This document shows, piece after piece, positions 17,251 to 51,607 of a DNA stretch of 64,000 bases. The stretch lies in assembly GCF_009914755.1 (NCBI RefSeq), contig NC_060936.1; one strand, 5' to 3'. The position numbers were made by a program, and so were the translations under genes. Origin of the DNA: the human T2T-CHM13v2.0 reference genome, Homo sapiens. The notes under the pieces were generated by a model. The model had not been told where the DNA came from and made no database searches. It was given only the letters and a program-made list of their open reading frames with translations. How positions within the stretch are numbered: the first letter of the stretch is position 1; every line of letters starts with the position of its first letter.

Positions 17251-18999
17251 AAAAGTTCCATTCTGCACTCTAGAAATACAAAGTACTCAGAAAGGAGTAC
17301 AGCATCTTGTTCACTCACTTTAAAGGATCTGAACTAGGGCAAAGAAAACCCAGAGAGATTCTATTACTTAACATTCTAGGTACTAGGTCATACTGAAATA
17401 TTCATGAAGAATTCTGTTTTAATACAGAAAAGGTATCTTAAGTTTAAAAAGACATACAAGTGTCAGAAAAGAGTTTTCATAATTCAAGGAGACAGTAACA
17501 CAGAGAAGTCATAAATGGAAAACAAGCTTAAGAGGTTTTATCACATGGATTTGTACCTTGAAAATGCAAGTAGCTCTCAAATTTATTATTGCCCCACCCC
17601 TGGAAAAGAGGTCAAAGGTAAAACAGACCAATTAATAATATGTTTCTAAAGTACCAGTTTGTGACAAATCAAAATATGAGAAATTAAAATTTTGCCATCA
17701 TAAAGAAGAGACTCGTCGACATACCCACTTATATAACTAAGAATTGATATTCATCCTTTTGAACATTCCATCTCATAGTCGTTAGAGTGACTCTCTTCCT
17801 CATGGTTGGAGTGGATCCCAGAAGTGACAGATAAGTTAAACATAAAACTTTTATCAAAAAATCCAACGGTGTTTAAAAAAATGCTATTCACTGACACCGA
17901 ATCTAATCCTAAACTATATATAAATAAGTATAAATGCTGATTAGCACAATCTGCAGGCAAAGTAACAAAGGATCATGAAAAAGTCAATATTGTGTGCAGT
18001 TATGTTTCATCGGTATGTATCTATTAAAATTCATCAGGCTTTAATGTACCTTCCACAAGTAATCAAAATAAATATGGACAAGATAGGTTCTATATTTGTC
18101 AAAAATGTGTGCTCCTGACGTTTATACCAAATCTTTGTCCAATCCTCAGTACACACGACTAACCTCCACCACGAAACACTGCACTTCAAGACCTAAGGTA
18201 CAACACAATTCTCAGTTTTATTTCACTTTTTTCCCTACTTATTTATGCGATTTCTCAGATCCAATGTTTACTATTATGCTTCATAGCCAAACATTATGAC
18301 TGTGAAACATACCTCCAAACCAAAAATACTAGTTTCCTTAAATCATCTGAAATGTATAGAACCAAGTCCAAAATAGATTTTGCACATTTCTTCAGTTTTA
18401 CAGGGAATGCAGAAAGTGAATTAATATTAAACAGGTATCTATTTGCCTTCACAACTGAACAGACGGTACAAAGCAACTGCTTATACTTAATCATGTTTCT
18501 GTCTATTCCAGCAGGCCCTGGTGTCAGGAGAACGTTCTGCCAGATAAGGACAATGAGATGCATTATTATATAGAGTGACTAAGAGCCCTACAAGTACTGT
18601 TTTAGAATGTAATCCCAGGCAGAAAGGCTGCGGTAAGAGGGCCTAATATTTTGTGGTAACTATTTCCAAAAGTAAATATATTCGCCACCCAGGACCAGTT
18701 TATTAAACGCGCACTACATTCAATTCTTTTCAAATGTCTTATAGGAGGGAAAAGCCTTTGTATCTTACCATGCCGGGGGAAATGAACAACTTGCAATTTG
18801 CTTCGCACTCTGAATCCCACGTTTGCAACATGTAGAGCAAGCACTTTAGACACCACAAAACAAGGGCAGCCTACATTACGGCCAAATATAGGATGTGTTT
18901 CTAAATCGTGATGCAGTAAAGCCTACGATTCCTTTTCCAGCGTTCAAAATCCTTTGAACACTCCCAAAAAAGGATGGCAGGGCCAGCGCCTCCCTCCAA

Positions 19000-20900
19000 G
19001 AGGAAGCCCCTTTCTTCTCAGCTCTCACCGCAGCCTGCCACTTCCCCCAACACATTCAAATCATTTGAGAGACGGAGAGCTGGGGAGCGTGCGCCGGTGG
19101 GGACAGGCGGGAGAGCTCGGTTTCTGCATTCCCACCCTCCACGTCTGACCTCATCCTCAGTCATTTCGGCGCAGCGGGGCCCCACCTGCACCTCGCTCCT
19201 TTTTACTGCGTCCCTCGCCAGCTGCCCCGCTATTAGGGAAACACACCTCTGAATCACCCAGTTCACTCGGACACCCTGGGCCCCCGATCCGACAGCCTTC
19301 CTGCTTCGTTCCTCCCCTCCCAACCCCCAGCCAGTCCCAGCCCTCTGCTCCCTTGGCCGGGCTCAGCCTCTTCCCAAGCCGCCCCCACCCACATTACTCC
19401 AGCTCCAGCTCTGCCCCGCCCCGCCTGACCCCCAACCGAGATCTGCAGGGCCCAGAGCTGGTCTCGCACCCAAAGCCAGGAAACCCGCAGGCCAGGCGGC
19501 CGCCCTCGCCCCTCCCGACGCAGGGCCCAGCTCGCCCCGGCCCCACGTGAGCCCGGCCCCTACCCGCCCCCACCCACTCGTTCCCTGGGGCGGCCCAAAC
19601 CCAGTCCCCAGGCCTGGAGCCCCCGGGCTCTACGCCTCGCCCGAAGCAGCCCTTCCCTCCCAGCACCTCGCCCAAGCAGGCGATCCCTGACCCCTAAAAG
19701 CCTTCCCTGGGCAGCCTCGTCCCACCTCGGCCCGCGGCTCCGCACCCGGCCAGGAGCGTTCCGGACCTCGAAAGCCTCCTCCCCACAGGGACCCTGCTTC
19801 ACGCTCCCCACGCCACCTGGTTCGGTCCCCAACTCCCTTTCCCCGAGCCCCCGACAGCAGCCCCCGGCCCTAACCCCTTGCAACCCAGCCCGTGAACCCG
19901 CGCCCCGCGCGCCCACCCAGCACTGTCCCCTCCACCTAGCCCTGCCCCTCGCCCCGCCGGCTCCTGTCAGGCGGCGCAGGCACATGCTCAGAGGACAGGT
20001 CCGCCCGCCCGACTCGCTCTCAGGCTGCCCCCGCCGGGCGCGCGCCGCTCACCCGGGCCGAGGTGCCTGAGGCGCCGCCGCCGAAGTCCCCGCTGCAAAG
20101 CCGGGCGAAGCCTCCAACCGCTGCCGCCTCCAGCCTGGCACTGAGCGCCGTGCGGGGGAGGGGCGCGGGCAGCCGCCACCGCCCCCGCCACCGCGCGTAG
20201 GCCCCGCCCCCGCGCCGCGCGGGACCCAACCAGGGCTGCCGGGCCGCTGTGCGCCACGCCCACTTCCGGAGGGGAAGCCCGCTTCCCACCCCACGTTCCA
20301 CGCCTCGCTACGCCCCCTCTGGTCGCACCGAGGGATGCAGGCTGTGCCCAAGCGCACGCCCCGCTCTCCAGTCATCTGAGTGGTAGAGGGCCACGCCCAC
20401 AGGCGCCTCCGAGCAACGCCCACTGCTCCTTAGACCCCGGAGCGGGGTTCTTAGAGCCCCGCCCACTGACCCGCTAGGCTCTGCAAGGCCACGTCCCCTG
20501 GCTCCTCAAAGATTCCCCCAGAGCCCCTCAATACAGGAACATTAGCTCCTCTGAGCCCCGCGCACTGCCTATCCGAGTCCTTAAACCAGCCTCCTGCTTC
20601 CCTAAGCCCGGCTCCCCTCCCACTGCTTCAGAACTCGCCCAGCGGCCTCACAAAGCCCCGCCCCGTCTTCCAGAAGCCCCGCCCAAGGACCGCAACCCTA
20701 TTCCTAGCATCTCAAGCCCCGCCCACTACCCCATCTCAACGTTTAAACCCCAAGCCCCGCCCCGAATTCGCGAATCCACGCCTCTGGCTCCCGAGGCTCC
20801 GCCCTGGCTCCGTCACACCCTACCACCACCTCCCTTGAGGACTGCCGACGTTCCAGCCCTCCCTGAACCGTCCATTGTCACATTCCTAGTGCAGAGTGGC
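19000..20900. promoter_or_regulatory. CpG island promoter
   Basis: Very high GC and CpG density. ETS motif CACTTCCGG at 20261-20269, KLF motif GCCACGCCC at 20253 and 20390, many GC boxes, and no TATA box. Confidence 0.92.
20053..20146 (-). other. CORO1C: Non-coding first exon (5' UTR) of a CpG-island gene, most likely coronin-1C
   Basis: The minus strand reads GCTCAGTGCCAGGCTGGAGGCGGCAGCGGTTGGAGGCTTCGCC...GCACCTCGGCCCGG|GTGAGC. It has an Inr-like TCAGT at ~20144-20140 and a canonical donor with GT at 20052-20051. It matches my recollection of the CORO1C 5' UTR. No coding exon lies in the window to confirm this. Confidence 0.75.
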
Positions 20901-21498
20901 CGCCCCTGGGCTGGGCCACACCCACGTAACCCCAAAGAGGGCCCGTGATTGACCCCATTTCGCAGGTGAGGGAATGGAAACTTCAGGGTTCCTCCCTTCC
21001 TTTCCCTGGCCAGAGTCCCTTAATAACTCGGCGGCCCAGGCCTGAAAGTCGGAGCACGGGAATTTGAGCCTCAGCTCTGCGGCCGTCAGACTGTGTGACC
21101 TGGGACAGTTCTCTTACCTCTTTGGGCCTGAGTCCCCTAATCTTCAGCATGAAGAAGTTGTCCTGTTAATAGCTAAAGTCCCTTTCTGAAACACCAAGCT
21201 CTGAAATACCGAGATTTGAGGAAACAGAGCCTGGGGAACCGAACCGACTGTGGGGTAGGGCTATTTACTTCCCAAAGCAAGGCATCTTTGCCATTCACAG
21301 GGGGATTTTTTATTTTAAGCGTCAGCCTCAGAAACGTGTGTTATTTAAATCAAGCTTGACCTGAACTAAGACAGCTATCACAGCAAATTATTTATCCTCT
21401 CTAAGGGTCAGTTTCTTTATCTGTAAAATGGGGATAATAACAGCCCCTCCCTCACAGGGTTCCATGAGATCATATTAGCAGCCATGATCGTGGCATTA

Positions 21499-21554
21499 CT
21501 TTTTGCCATTAAAAGGAATGGCAAAAACCGCGATTACTTTTGCACCAGGATAAT
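21499..21554. mobile_element. MADE1 (mariner-derived MITE) remnant inside a MIR
   Basis: TTTTTGCCATTAAAAGGAATGGCAAAAACCGCGATTACTTTTGCACCA matches the MADE1 hairpin centre and one TIR. Confidence 0.75.
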
Positions 21555-21799
21555 AGTAATATACTTAGAAGAGTTCCTGGCTTGTGATAAACGCTCGACA
21601 GTACCTGTTGCTGCTACTGCTGGGACTCAACAAAATGAAAGGATGGGTTTTATTTTGCCTTCAAGCAGCCACTCCTAATAGGAGGAATTCAGCACCCTTC
21701 CTGCAGTAAGATTTGCCACTCACTTTATTTAAATGAGATAAACGTGATGAAACGCCTACTGCAGTGCCTGCCATATGGTGAGGCTCAAAAACAATTCAC

Positions 21800-22957
<1,158 letters not shown>

Positions 22958-23416
22958 AGAAGGGACTCCTAATCCCCACCTATAAAGGTGAGGAAACTGA
23001 AGACTCAGAGAAGTTAAATTCCTTGTCCAAGTCACATGGCTTGAACCACGTAGAACCCACATCCATCTAAATGCAGAGCCTGCACCCTTAGCCAGTTAGT
23101 CATTACACTAAACTGCCTCTGTGGCAGCATGACAGAACAGAAAAACCGTGGACTTTGGATTCTGGCCGGTTTAGGTTTAAATTCAGGCTCCACCTATTAC
23201 TCATTGTGTGACGTTCAGCAAGTCACTTCCCCTCTGAGCTGAGCCCTATTCTTCTGCCTATATATCACTGGGAATCATGTAAATGCTTCAGGAAGTGGTT
23301 TTGAATATTCAGGAGTTTAGATTCAATGAATTAGGACGTGGCAAAGCACCCAACACAGTGCCCAGCACAAAATAGTTGTTTTAAAACATGTTGATGTTTA
23401 AAAATCACAGGGTTCC

Positions 23417-23730
23417 GGCCAGGAGTGGTGGCTCACACCTGTAATCCCAGCACTTGGGAGGCTGAGGCAGGCGGATTGTTTGAGGTCAGGAGTTCGAGAC
23501 CAGCCTGGGCAACATGATGAAACCCCGTCTCTACTAAAAATACAAAAATTAGCCAGGCATGGTGGCACGCGTCTGTAATCCCAGCTACTTGGGAGGCTGA
23601 GGCAGAAGAATTGCTTGAACTCGAGTTTGGAGGTGGAGGTTGCAGTAAGCCTAGATAGCGCCACTGCACTCCAGCCTGGGCGAGAGTGAGACTCTGAAAA
23701 AAAAAATAGAAATAAATACAAATAAAAAAA
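23417..23730 (+). mobile_element. Alu
   Basis: Alu consensus with an AAAAATC..GGGTTCC TSD. Confidence 0.93.
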
Positions 23731-24412
23731 TCTTGGGGTTCCATGAGATCATAGATAAATGATGAAGTTAGAAGTGATGAAATGATAATGATGAAATTAG
23801 AAGAATTCCCCCCGCCAGATGATACCGCCAAAAAGCAGCCATGGAATATGCTACGAAAGATCCCAAGGCCTTCATCTTCTGACTGCCTCTTTCAGTTCCT
23901 GGTTTGAGCCCTGCATTTGAGGAGGTGATTCTTGCACAGGAAGCACCCAATGCCAGAAGCAATGCCACCTCACTTTCACTCCATGCCTATCCCAAATGTG
24001 GTCAGCTGAGAGCTGCTTACTTCCAGAAACAGGAAAACTGCATAACTCTGCTGGGAGAAAGCCCCATCATCTCATTGTTCTTGAACCTACAGCAATTGCT
24101 TTGTGGGCCTGAAAGAAACCTTGGCTCTGTCCAAGCTGGCCCTAAAGGGAGGGATCCAAGTCCAGGTGAGATGCTGGATTTAAGAGTTTTTTCCTGCTCT
24201 CAAAAGCTGGTGATTTCTAAAGTGGCTTAAGACAGGTGCTAGATGGAGAGGAATTTAATGATCAGGAAAAATAAAAATGATTCCAGACCACACATGATAT
24301 AGATGCCAGCTTATGTATGAAGTGGAAAGAACTGTGGGCCCAGCATCCAGAGGCTCCTTAGCAAATCATTTTTCTATTTTTTCTGAGTACCAAATGGGGA
24401 CATTTGTTTTAG

Positions 24413-24426
24413 GTTGCTAGGGCAAC
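24413..24426. promoter_or_regulatory. RFX X-box palindrome GTTGCTAGGGCAAC
   Basis: Full match to the RFX consensus GTTGCYnnGGCAAC. The inverted repeat extends to TAGGTTGC/GCAACCTA (24410-24429). Confidence 0.55.
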
Positions 24427-24714
24427 CTAGAAGCTCAGTGAATTACCCTGTGGAAGCATTAACAAATAATAATATTATTAAATAAATGAGACTGGAAGTC
24501 CCTAGAGTAATCTCAGTAGACAAGACCCCTAATTGAGCGATAGAAGACAACAAAATTTGAAGAGCACTAAAATTCACTCTACATTGATAAATCTTCATTC
24601 TCACCACTTTGGGTACTTCTTTCTGCAAAATAGAGACTGGAAAAATACTGAATGATTGACAGGCTACAGACAAATGCCTTTTTTAAAATTAAAATTGTAA
24701 TTTTGAGATAATTA

Positions 24715-31055
<6,341 letters not shown>

Positions 31056-32112
31056 TAAGTTCTGTCTTTAATTAGTGTGTTTAGACCCTTTACATTTAAG
31101 GTAATTATTGATATATTAGAGCTTAAGTCTGCTGTTTTATTTTGTGCTTGTGCTTGTTCTCTCTATTTTTCATTTCTGTTTCCTTCTTACTGCCTTCCTG
31201 TGGGATTTTTAGAGTTTCTTTTGATTTATCTATAGTGTTTTTGAGTGTATCTCTTTGCATAGCACTTTTAGTAGTTGTTCTAGGTACCACATTATAGATG
31301 GATGGATAGATAGAGATATACAGGTAGATATCCACAAAAAATAGAAGATATAAGAAAGAACCAAATGGAAATTTAGAACTGAAAAATATAACTAAAAGAA
31401 TCCAATGGGTGGACTCAACAACAGAATAGAGGGGGCAGAGGAAAAAAATCAATGAACTTGAAGACAGAGCTATAGGAATTACCCAATCTGAAAACAATAG
31501 AGAGAAAATAGACTTCGGTCTCCAAAAAAAAGATAAAATAGACTTCATGTAGTTCTATGAAGTCCTTTCTCAGCCCTTGTTTAGCTGTACGACACAAATT
31601 TTGATATGTTGTATTATCACTTTCATTCAGTTTAATGTTTTTTTAAATTTCCTTTGAAACTTTCTCTTTGAGACATGGGTTACTTATAAGAGTGTTGTTT
31701 AGTTTCCAAGCGTTTGGAGATTATTCTGTTATCTTTCAAAAAACTACACAGAACCTCAGGGACCTTGGGACTATAACAAAAGACTTAGCTTTCGTGACAT
31801 CAGAATTTCAGAAGGACAGGAGAAAGAGGGTGGGGCTGAAAAAGTACTTGAAGAAATAGTGGCCAAACACTTCCCAAATTTGGAATAAAGATTCCAAAAA
31901 TCTACAGAAGCTAAACAAAACTCAAACAGGATAAACCCACAGAAGCTCACGCCAACACACATCATAGTCAAACTTCTGAAAACTAAAGACAAAGAAAAAA
32001 TCTTGAAAGCAGTGAGAGAGCAACAATACCCTACCTATCATAGAAAATCAATTTGAACAACAATAGTTTTCTTATCAGAAACCAAGGATCTCAGAAGAAA
32101 GTGGCACCGCTT

Positions 32113-35944
<3,832 letters not shown>

Positions 35945-35945
<1 letters not shown>

Positions 35946-36389
35946 TTTGCAATATATCTTTGCAGCTCTTTTCATCAAGAGACAAAATCTGTTTCCCAGT
36001 GCTTGAATCTGGACTGGTCTTCTAAATTGCTTTGGCCAATAGGATGCAACAGAAATAACTATCCTGGCATTTCTAGGCTTAGGCCTCAAGAGATCTTGAA
36101 CATTTTCACTTGCTCTCCTGGAACCCTGATGCTGCCACGTGAACAAGCCCAGGCAACCTTACTGGAAGAAGAGAAGCATCAACTCCAACACATGAGTGAG
36201 GTTATCCTAGACCAGCCAAACCCCATCAACCACAAACATGAGTAAGCCCTGCAGAGACCCACCGAGCCCAATCCGGATCAACCAAACCTCCCAGCCTGCT
36301 TTAAACTTGTGAGTAAATAATAAATACATATTATTTCAAGTCACTGAATTTGGGGGAGGTTTGTTACACAGTGAGAGCTACCTGATACA
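35945..36389 (+). mobile_element. MLT1-family MaLR LTR
   Basis: Ends GTTTGTTACACAGTGAGAGCTACCTGATACA, with internal MLT1 motifs. Confidence 0.7.
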
Positions 36390-36486
36390 AACCCAAAAGA
36401 CATCAGAAAAGGTGTTCTACTTCGACCCAATAATTTCACTCCAGAAATGTATCCTAAAGTAATTCTCATGATCACATACACAGATA

Positions 36487-37884
<1,398 letters not shown>

Positions 37885-37949
37885 TCAAGACCTTGTCTCA
37901 AAAAAAAAAACAAAAAAACAAAAAAAAACACCACAAACTTTGGGCTTAT

Positions 37950-39084
<1,135 letters not shown>

Positions 39085-39427
39085 TAAGAGAGGAAGGAAT
39101 TCTGTAAATTCAAGGTACTGTATCAAGATCCTGAGCCTAATGTCACCCTTTGACAAGCTCAGTAGAACTCCAGCTGGAAAAATTTCTAGATAATGCTCTC
39201 ATGCAGATTTTTCAAAACTTAAGTATGAATCTTGGCACAAAATGTGCTCGCTCATCCACATAAATCTCATTACTGAGGCAATAAACCTTGCAATTGCTTG
39301 TGCTGTCTGCAACGGCAAGAGCTGCAGTATCCAAAGCCCAGCCTGGCCAAACTCCCCTCACAAATCAGATATTCAGCCTCACAGGAAAAGAGAATCACTG
39401 TTAATTAATAACAACAAAGGATTAGGC

Positions 39428-39661
39428 CAGTGGTTCTGAACCCGGGACAACTCTACTCCCCTCCTCCCCCCAGGGGACATTTGGCAGTGTCTGGAGACAG
39501 TATTTGGTTGTCGTTGACTAGGAGGTGCTCCTGGCATCCAGTGGATAGATCCCAGGAATGCTGCTGAACATCTTACAATGCATGGGACAGTCCCCACCCC
39601 GCCCCACAGCAAAGAAGTATTAGTCCCCAAATGTCAATAGGAGTACGGTTGAGAAACCCTG
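39428..39661 (+). mobile_element. MER20 (hAT-Charlie)
   Basis: CAGTGGTTCT...CCCCCAGGGGACATTTGGCAGTGTCTGGAGACA...GTTGAGAAACCCTG. Confidence 0.85.
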
Positions 39662-39882
39662 GCTCTTCAGACATATGGAGCCTTATTAGATCTTCCTGGG
39701 CTAAGAGCTTTACAGGAAAGATCTCATTTAATCCTCACAGCAATCCTAGGTATAGGGCCTATTATCATGCCCATTTTACAGAAAAGGAAACTGAGGCTAA
39801 GAATCACATACCATTTCTAGGCTGGGCACGGTGACTCATGCCTGTAATCCCAGCACTTTGGGAGGCCAAGGCAGGTGGATCA

Positions 39883-40185
<303 letters not shown>

Positions 40186-41637
40186 TTATTGCTCTGTTGT
40201 TGTTTTGAGGTAAGGTCTCAGTCTGTTACCCAGCCTGGAGTGGAGTGGAGTGGTGCAATCAAGGCTCACTGCAGCTTCAAACTCATAGGCTCAAGCAATC
40301 CTCTTGCCTCAGCCTCCTGAGTAGCTTGGAGTACACAACCACATGCCACCACACCTGGTGAATTTTTGTATTTTTTGTAGAGATGGAGGTCTACGCTGTG
40401 TTGGCCAGGCTGGTCTCAAACTCCTAAGCTCAAGCAATCCTCCCACCTCGGCCTCTCAAAGTGCTGGGATTACAGGCATAAGCCACCAGACCTGGCCTGT
40501 TGTTTTTAATTATGGAAATTTTCAGGTATAAACAAAAGTAGAGAAACCAATTGAACAACCCTGCATGGTCCCTCTACCCAGCTTCAGAGCTTCAGGCAGA
40601 ACCTCAAGCACAACATGCTTCCCTGCAATCAAGAATCCCTCAACAAGCCAAGATGAATCACACCAGGCCTGGGCCCTTGGGAACACATGAGTTCCTCCTT
40701 CAGGTCGCTGGAAACGCGTTCCCTCTTCCTTTACAGGTTTTGATCATATCCCCCATCAGCTGTTGCCTTTCCCAGCAGAAAAGTTAGACGTAAGATCATC
40801 TGTTCTCTCCCTACTTTAAGTGTCACCTCCTTTTCTGAGAGGTGAGAAAATAGTTTTCTCCCTAAGGAAAGCTGAGATGGGGAGAACATATGCTCAGAAA
40901 CAGATAATCTTGCCACCAAAATTGTTAGTAGCAGGGAGGAGCTAGTATTTGCAACGTGGGGTGCAAAGCAGCTCCCTCCATGTCTGCCTGCATACATAAA
41001 TCCTTATGAGAATAGGTGGCAATTTCTTTTATTCAAACAAATGCTCTCTAGTTTCTGCTTTGTGCGAAGCTCAACTGTGCTCAATCCTGGAATACAGATG
41101 ACAGGCAAAACAGTCAGCTGGCTTCTTTCAAATGAAGTCAGGCCTTCATGAGGGATGGAGAAACTGGGCTTGCATCCCAGATAGGGGCTTCTGTTAATCC
41201 CTATTAATGTTGGAACTGAATTGCATGTGCTGGGAAGCAGCAGAAGGGATTGCTGTGAACATGAACTTTGGAATTAGACAGCTCTGGGTTCCAAGTCCAG
41301 CTCTCCCACTAATTAGCTGTGTGACCCTGGGTAAGTCATTCAACCTCTCTGAACCACACGTCCTTGCCTGGAAAGTGAGGACTGTTCATGCAACATGTTG
41401 GAGCCCCTATTATGTTCCAATTAATGTTTGCTATTATTTTTATTTTATTTTACTTTTTTAAGATGGAGTCTCGATCTGCATCCAGGCTGGAGTACAGTGG
41501 CATGATCTCGGCTCACTGCAACCTCTACCTCCTGGGTTCGAGTGATTCTCATGACTCAGCCTCCTGAGTAGCTGGGATTACAGGCGTGCACCACCACACC
41601 TGGCTAATTTTTTTTTTTTTTTTTTTTTTTTTTTTGA

Positions 41638-41985
<348 letters not shown>

Positions 41986-42139
41986 TGACCCTCAAGTGAT
42001 CCTCCCACCTTGGCCTCCCAAAGTGCTGGGATTACAGGCATGAGCCACCGTGCCCAGCCAAATGTTTGCTAATATTTTTATGACTACTCAGAACCCTACC
42101 ATTTTTCATTTGTTCTTCCCAAAATCTCTGCCTGGGACA

Positions 42140-42595
42140 CTGTGGTCGATTGCAAAAATAGCCACAAATTATTCTCCTGTATGGGGCCCTGTGGTGTTGC
42201 CTTCTACCCTGACTCTGGCCTTGACCATGGACCATACCTTGGCTAAAGAGATATCAGTGAATGTGAAACAAACAGGGGCTTAAAAAGAGCTTGCATATGG
42301 AGCTTGCCATCTCTTGCTACACTTGAATCCCAGCCACCAATTGAAGAAGCTCAGGCTCTTCTGCTGGAGGATGAGAGTCCCAATGCCCAGGCATACCCCA
42401 TCACTCCAGCCCACAGCTGTCAACCACCAGATATGTGAGGGAGGCCACCCTAGACCACCCAGACATGAGCTGACGTTCCAGCTGACACACTCACAGCCAA
42501 GCCAGACCCCAGAATGGTGAGCTACATAAATGCTATTGTTTTAAGCCACAAACACCTGGGGATGGTTTGTTAGACAGCAATAGATAATGAATACA
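42140..42595 (+). mobile_element. MLT1-family MaLR LTR
   Basis: Starts TGTGGTCGATTGCAAAAATAGCCAC and ends GGTTTGTTAGACAGCAATAGATAATGAATACA. Confidence 0.75.
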
Positions 42596-43249
42596 AATAC
42601 GTAATCTTCCCACTTTAGGGATGAAGAAACTGAGGCTCAAAGAGGCTTGGCCAAGACCACAGAGCCAGCACTCAATGTCATTCCCTCTACCATGCAGCGG
42701 GCTCCCCTCTGCCATCTCCAGCCGCCTGAAGCAGGGCCCAGCATGAATGAGACAGCTGGCAGAGTGAGAGCTGTGCTCACCACCTCAGCTCAGTGGCCCC
42801 CTGGGGGACCTGGGCCGTGACCTTGGCCTCATTACTGCATCGGACCTGTAATCAGATGCTTAGAAGGTCTGCAGAGATCCACCCAGCCTGGATCATGGGG
42901 TAGAGACCCGCACGGCAAGCTGGAAGATGTAGCCTCTTTGAAATCACACCATTCACTGGGGGACTCTCAAGGGTTCATCACACTCCACTGGGTCCTGGCC
43001 ATCTGCTCTGTCCATTTGATGGACAAATGGACAGCAAAGAGGGCTAGGGATGTATGACCTTTCTAAAATATGTATGAATAAAAAAACACTTTCTTTAGAC
43101 AAGACAGAATAAGAATAGCGAAAAATACCCAGCAGCTCCCTTTACCGAGCATGCCCTGCATTGGAGACACTTAGGTCACCACTGTACACCCATTGTCCTT
43201 TTTATCCTCCCCCCAAACCCCACTGGGTGGAATATAAAGCTGCAGAGAC

Positions 43250-49625
<6,376 letters not shown>

Positions 49626-50147
49626 GGCATGAGTACAAGAAGACATGGGTTGTTGGGGCCATCTTGGAGGTACATTGCCAGTTCTGAGAATCCGGCCTAA
49701 GGATGAACAGCAGGTATTACCAACGTTTTAGGCACAAAGATGTTCATTACAGCATTATTTCTAATAGTAAGAAATTTGAGACATCTATATGAGATTGGCT
49801 GAGTTAACTCCAGCACAGCCATGCAATGGAATAAAGGATATATCCATGCAGATGTCCAGATAAAGGACTGGGAAGACACCACCACACTTTGAGCAACGAT
49901 TATTTCTGTGGCTGGGCATGCGATTGAGTAGTATATGTAGAAAACTGAGGCTCACGGAGTCCCAGTGTGGGACCAAATGCAGGAAGGAAAGAAGTAGGTT
50001 CTTAAAATCTATTCTGCCACAGTTGCGTTCTCCTTAACCCCCTAGAGAATGGAATCTGGGGGGCCGGGCGCGGTGGCCCAAGCCTGTAATCCCAGCACTT
50101 CGGGAGGCTGAGGTGGGTGATCACTTGATATCAGGAGTTCAAAATCA

Positions 50148-50414
<267 letters not shown>

Positions 50415-50667
50415 CTAAAACATCCCTTTAACCAAACTGTGTCTTTTCAAATCAGAGGCCTAGCAGCCACCAATGGGGTTTGATCCTAAGCAATAGCCTG
50501 TCCAGCTAGATGCCAGGGATTGACTCTCATCCACCTCTCTAATCCTCTCTGTCACCTACACCGATTAGGACACTGAGCACTCCAGACAAGGAAAGACCAT
50601 GGGAGGCCAGGCACGGTGGCTCACGCCTGTAATCCCAGCACTTTGGAAGCCTCAGGCAGGTGGATCA

Positions 50668-50961
<294 letters not shown>

Positions 50962-51178
50962 CTACCCCTTCTCCTGTTGATGAGAAACAGGTGTTCATCC
51001 TCTTCCTTATTCCCCTCCCCCAGTTCAGTGGGAAATCACCAGCCATTTTTCTTGACCTCAGCACATTCATTATCCAGGGATTGCAAAGAAAAGGAGACCA
51101 TTTCTGGAAGAAATATATGGCTCCATCTGTCCCTGTTTCCCTAAGGCTCCTAAGTTTCAAAAAGCTTTTTGCAGATGA

Positions 51179-51607
<429 letters not shown>

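Noticed and set aside
18882-18892. CArG-like CCAAATATAGG
   Set aside because: It has seven A/T bases, not the CC(A/T)6GG consensus.
19263-20423. Overlapping Gly/Arg/Pro-rich ORFs in the CpG island
   Set aside because: Expected from GC content. Most use non-ATG starts and run through the exon-1 donor.
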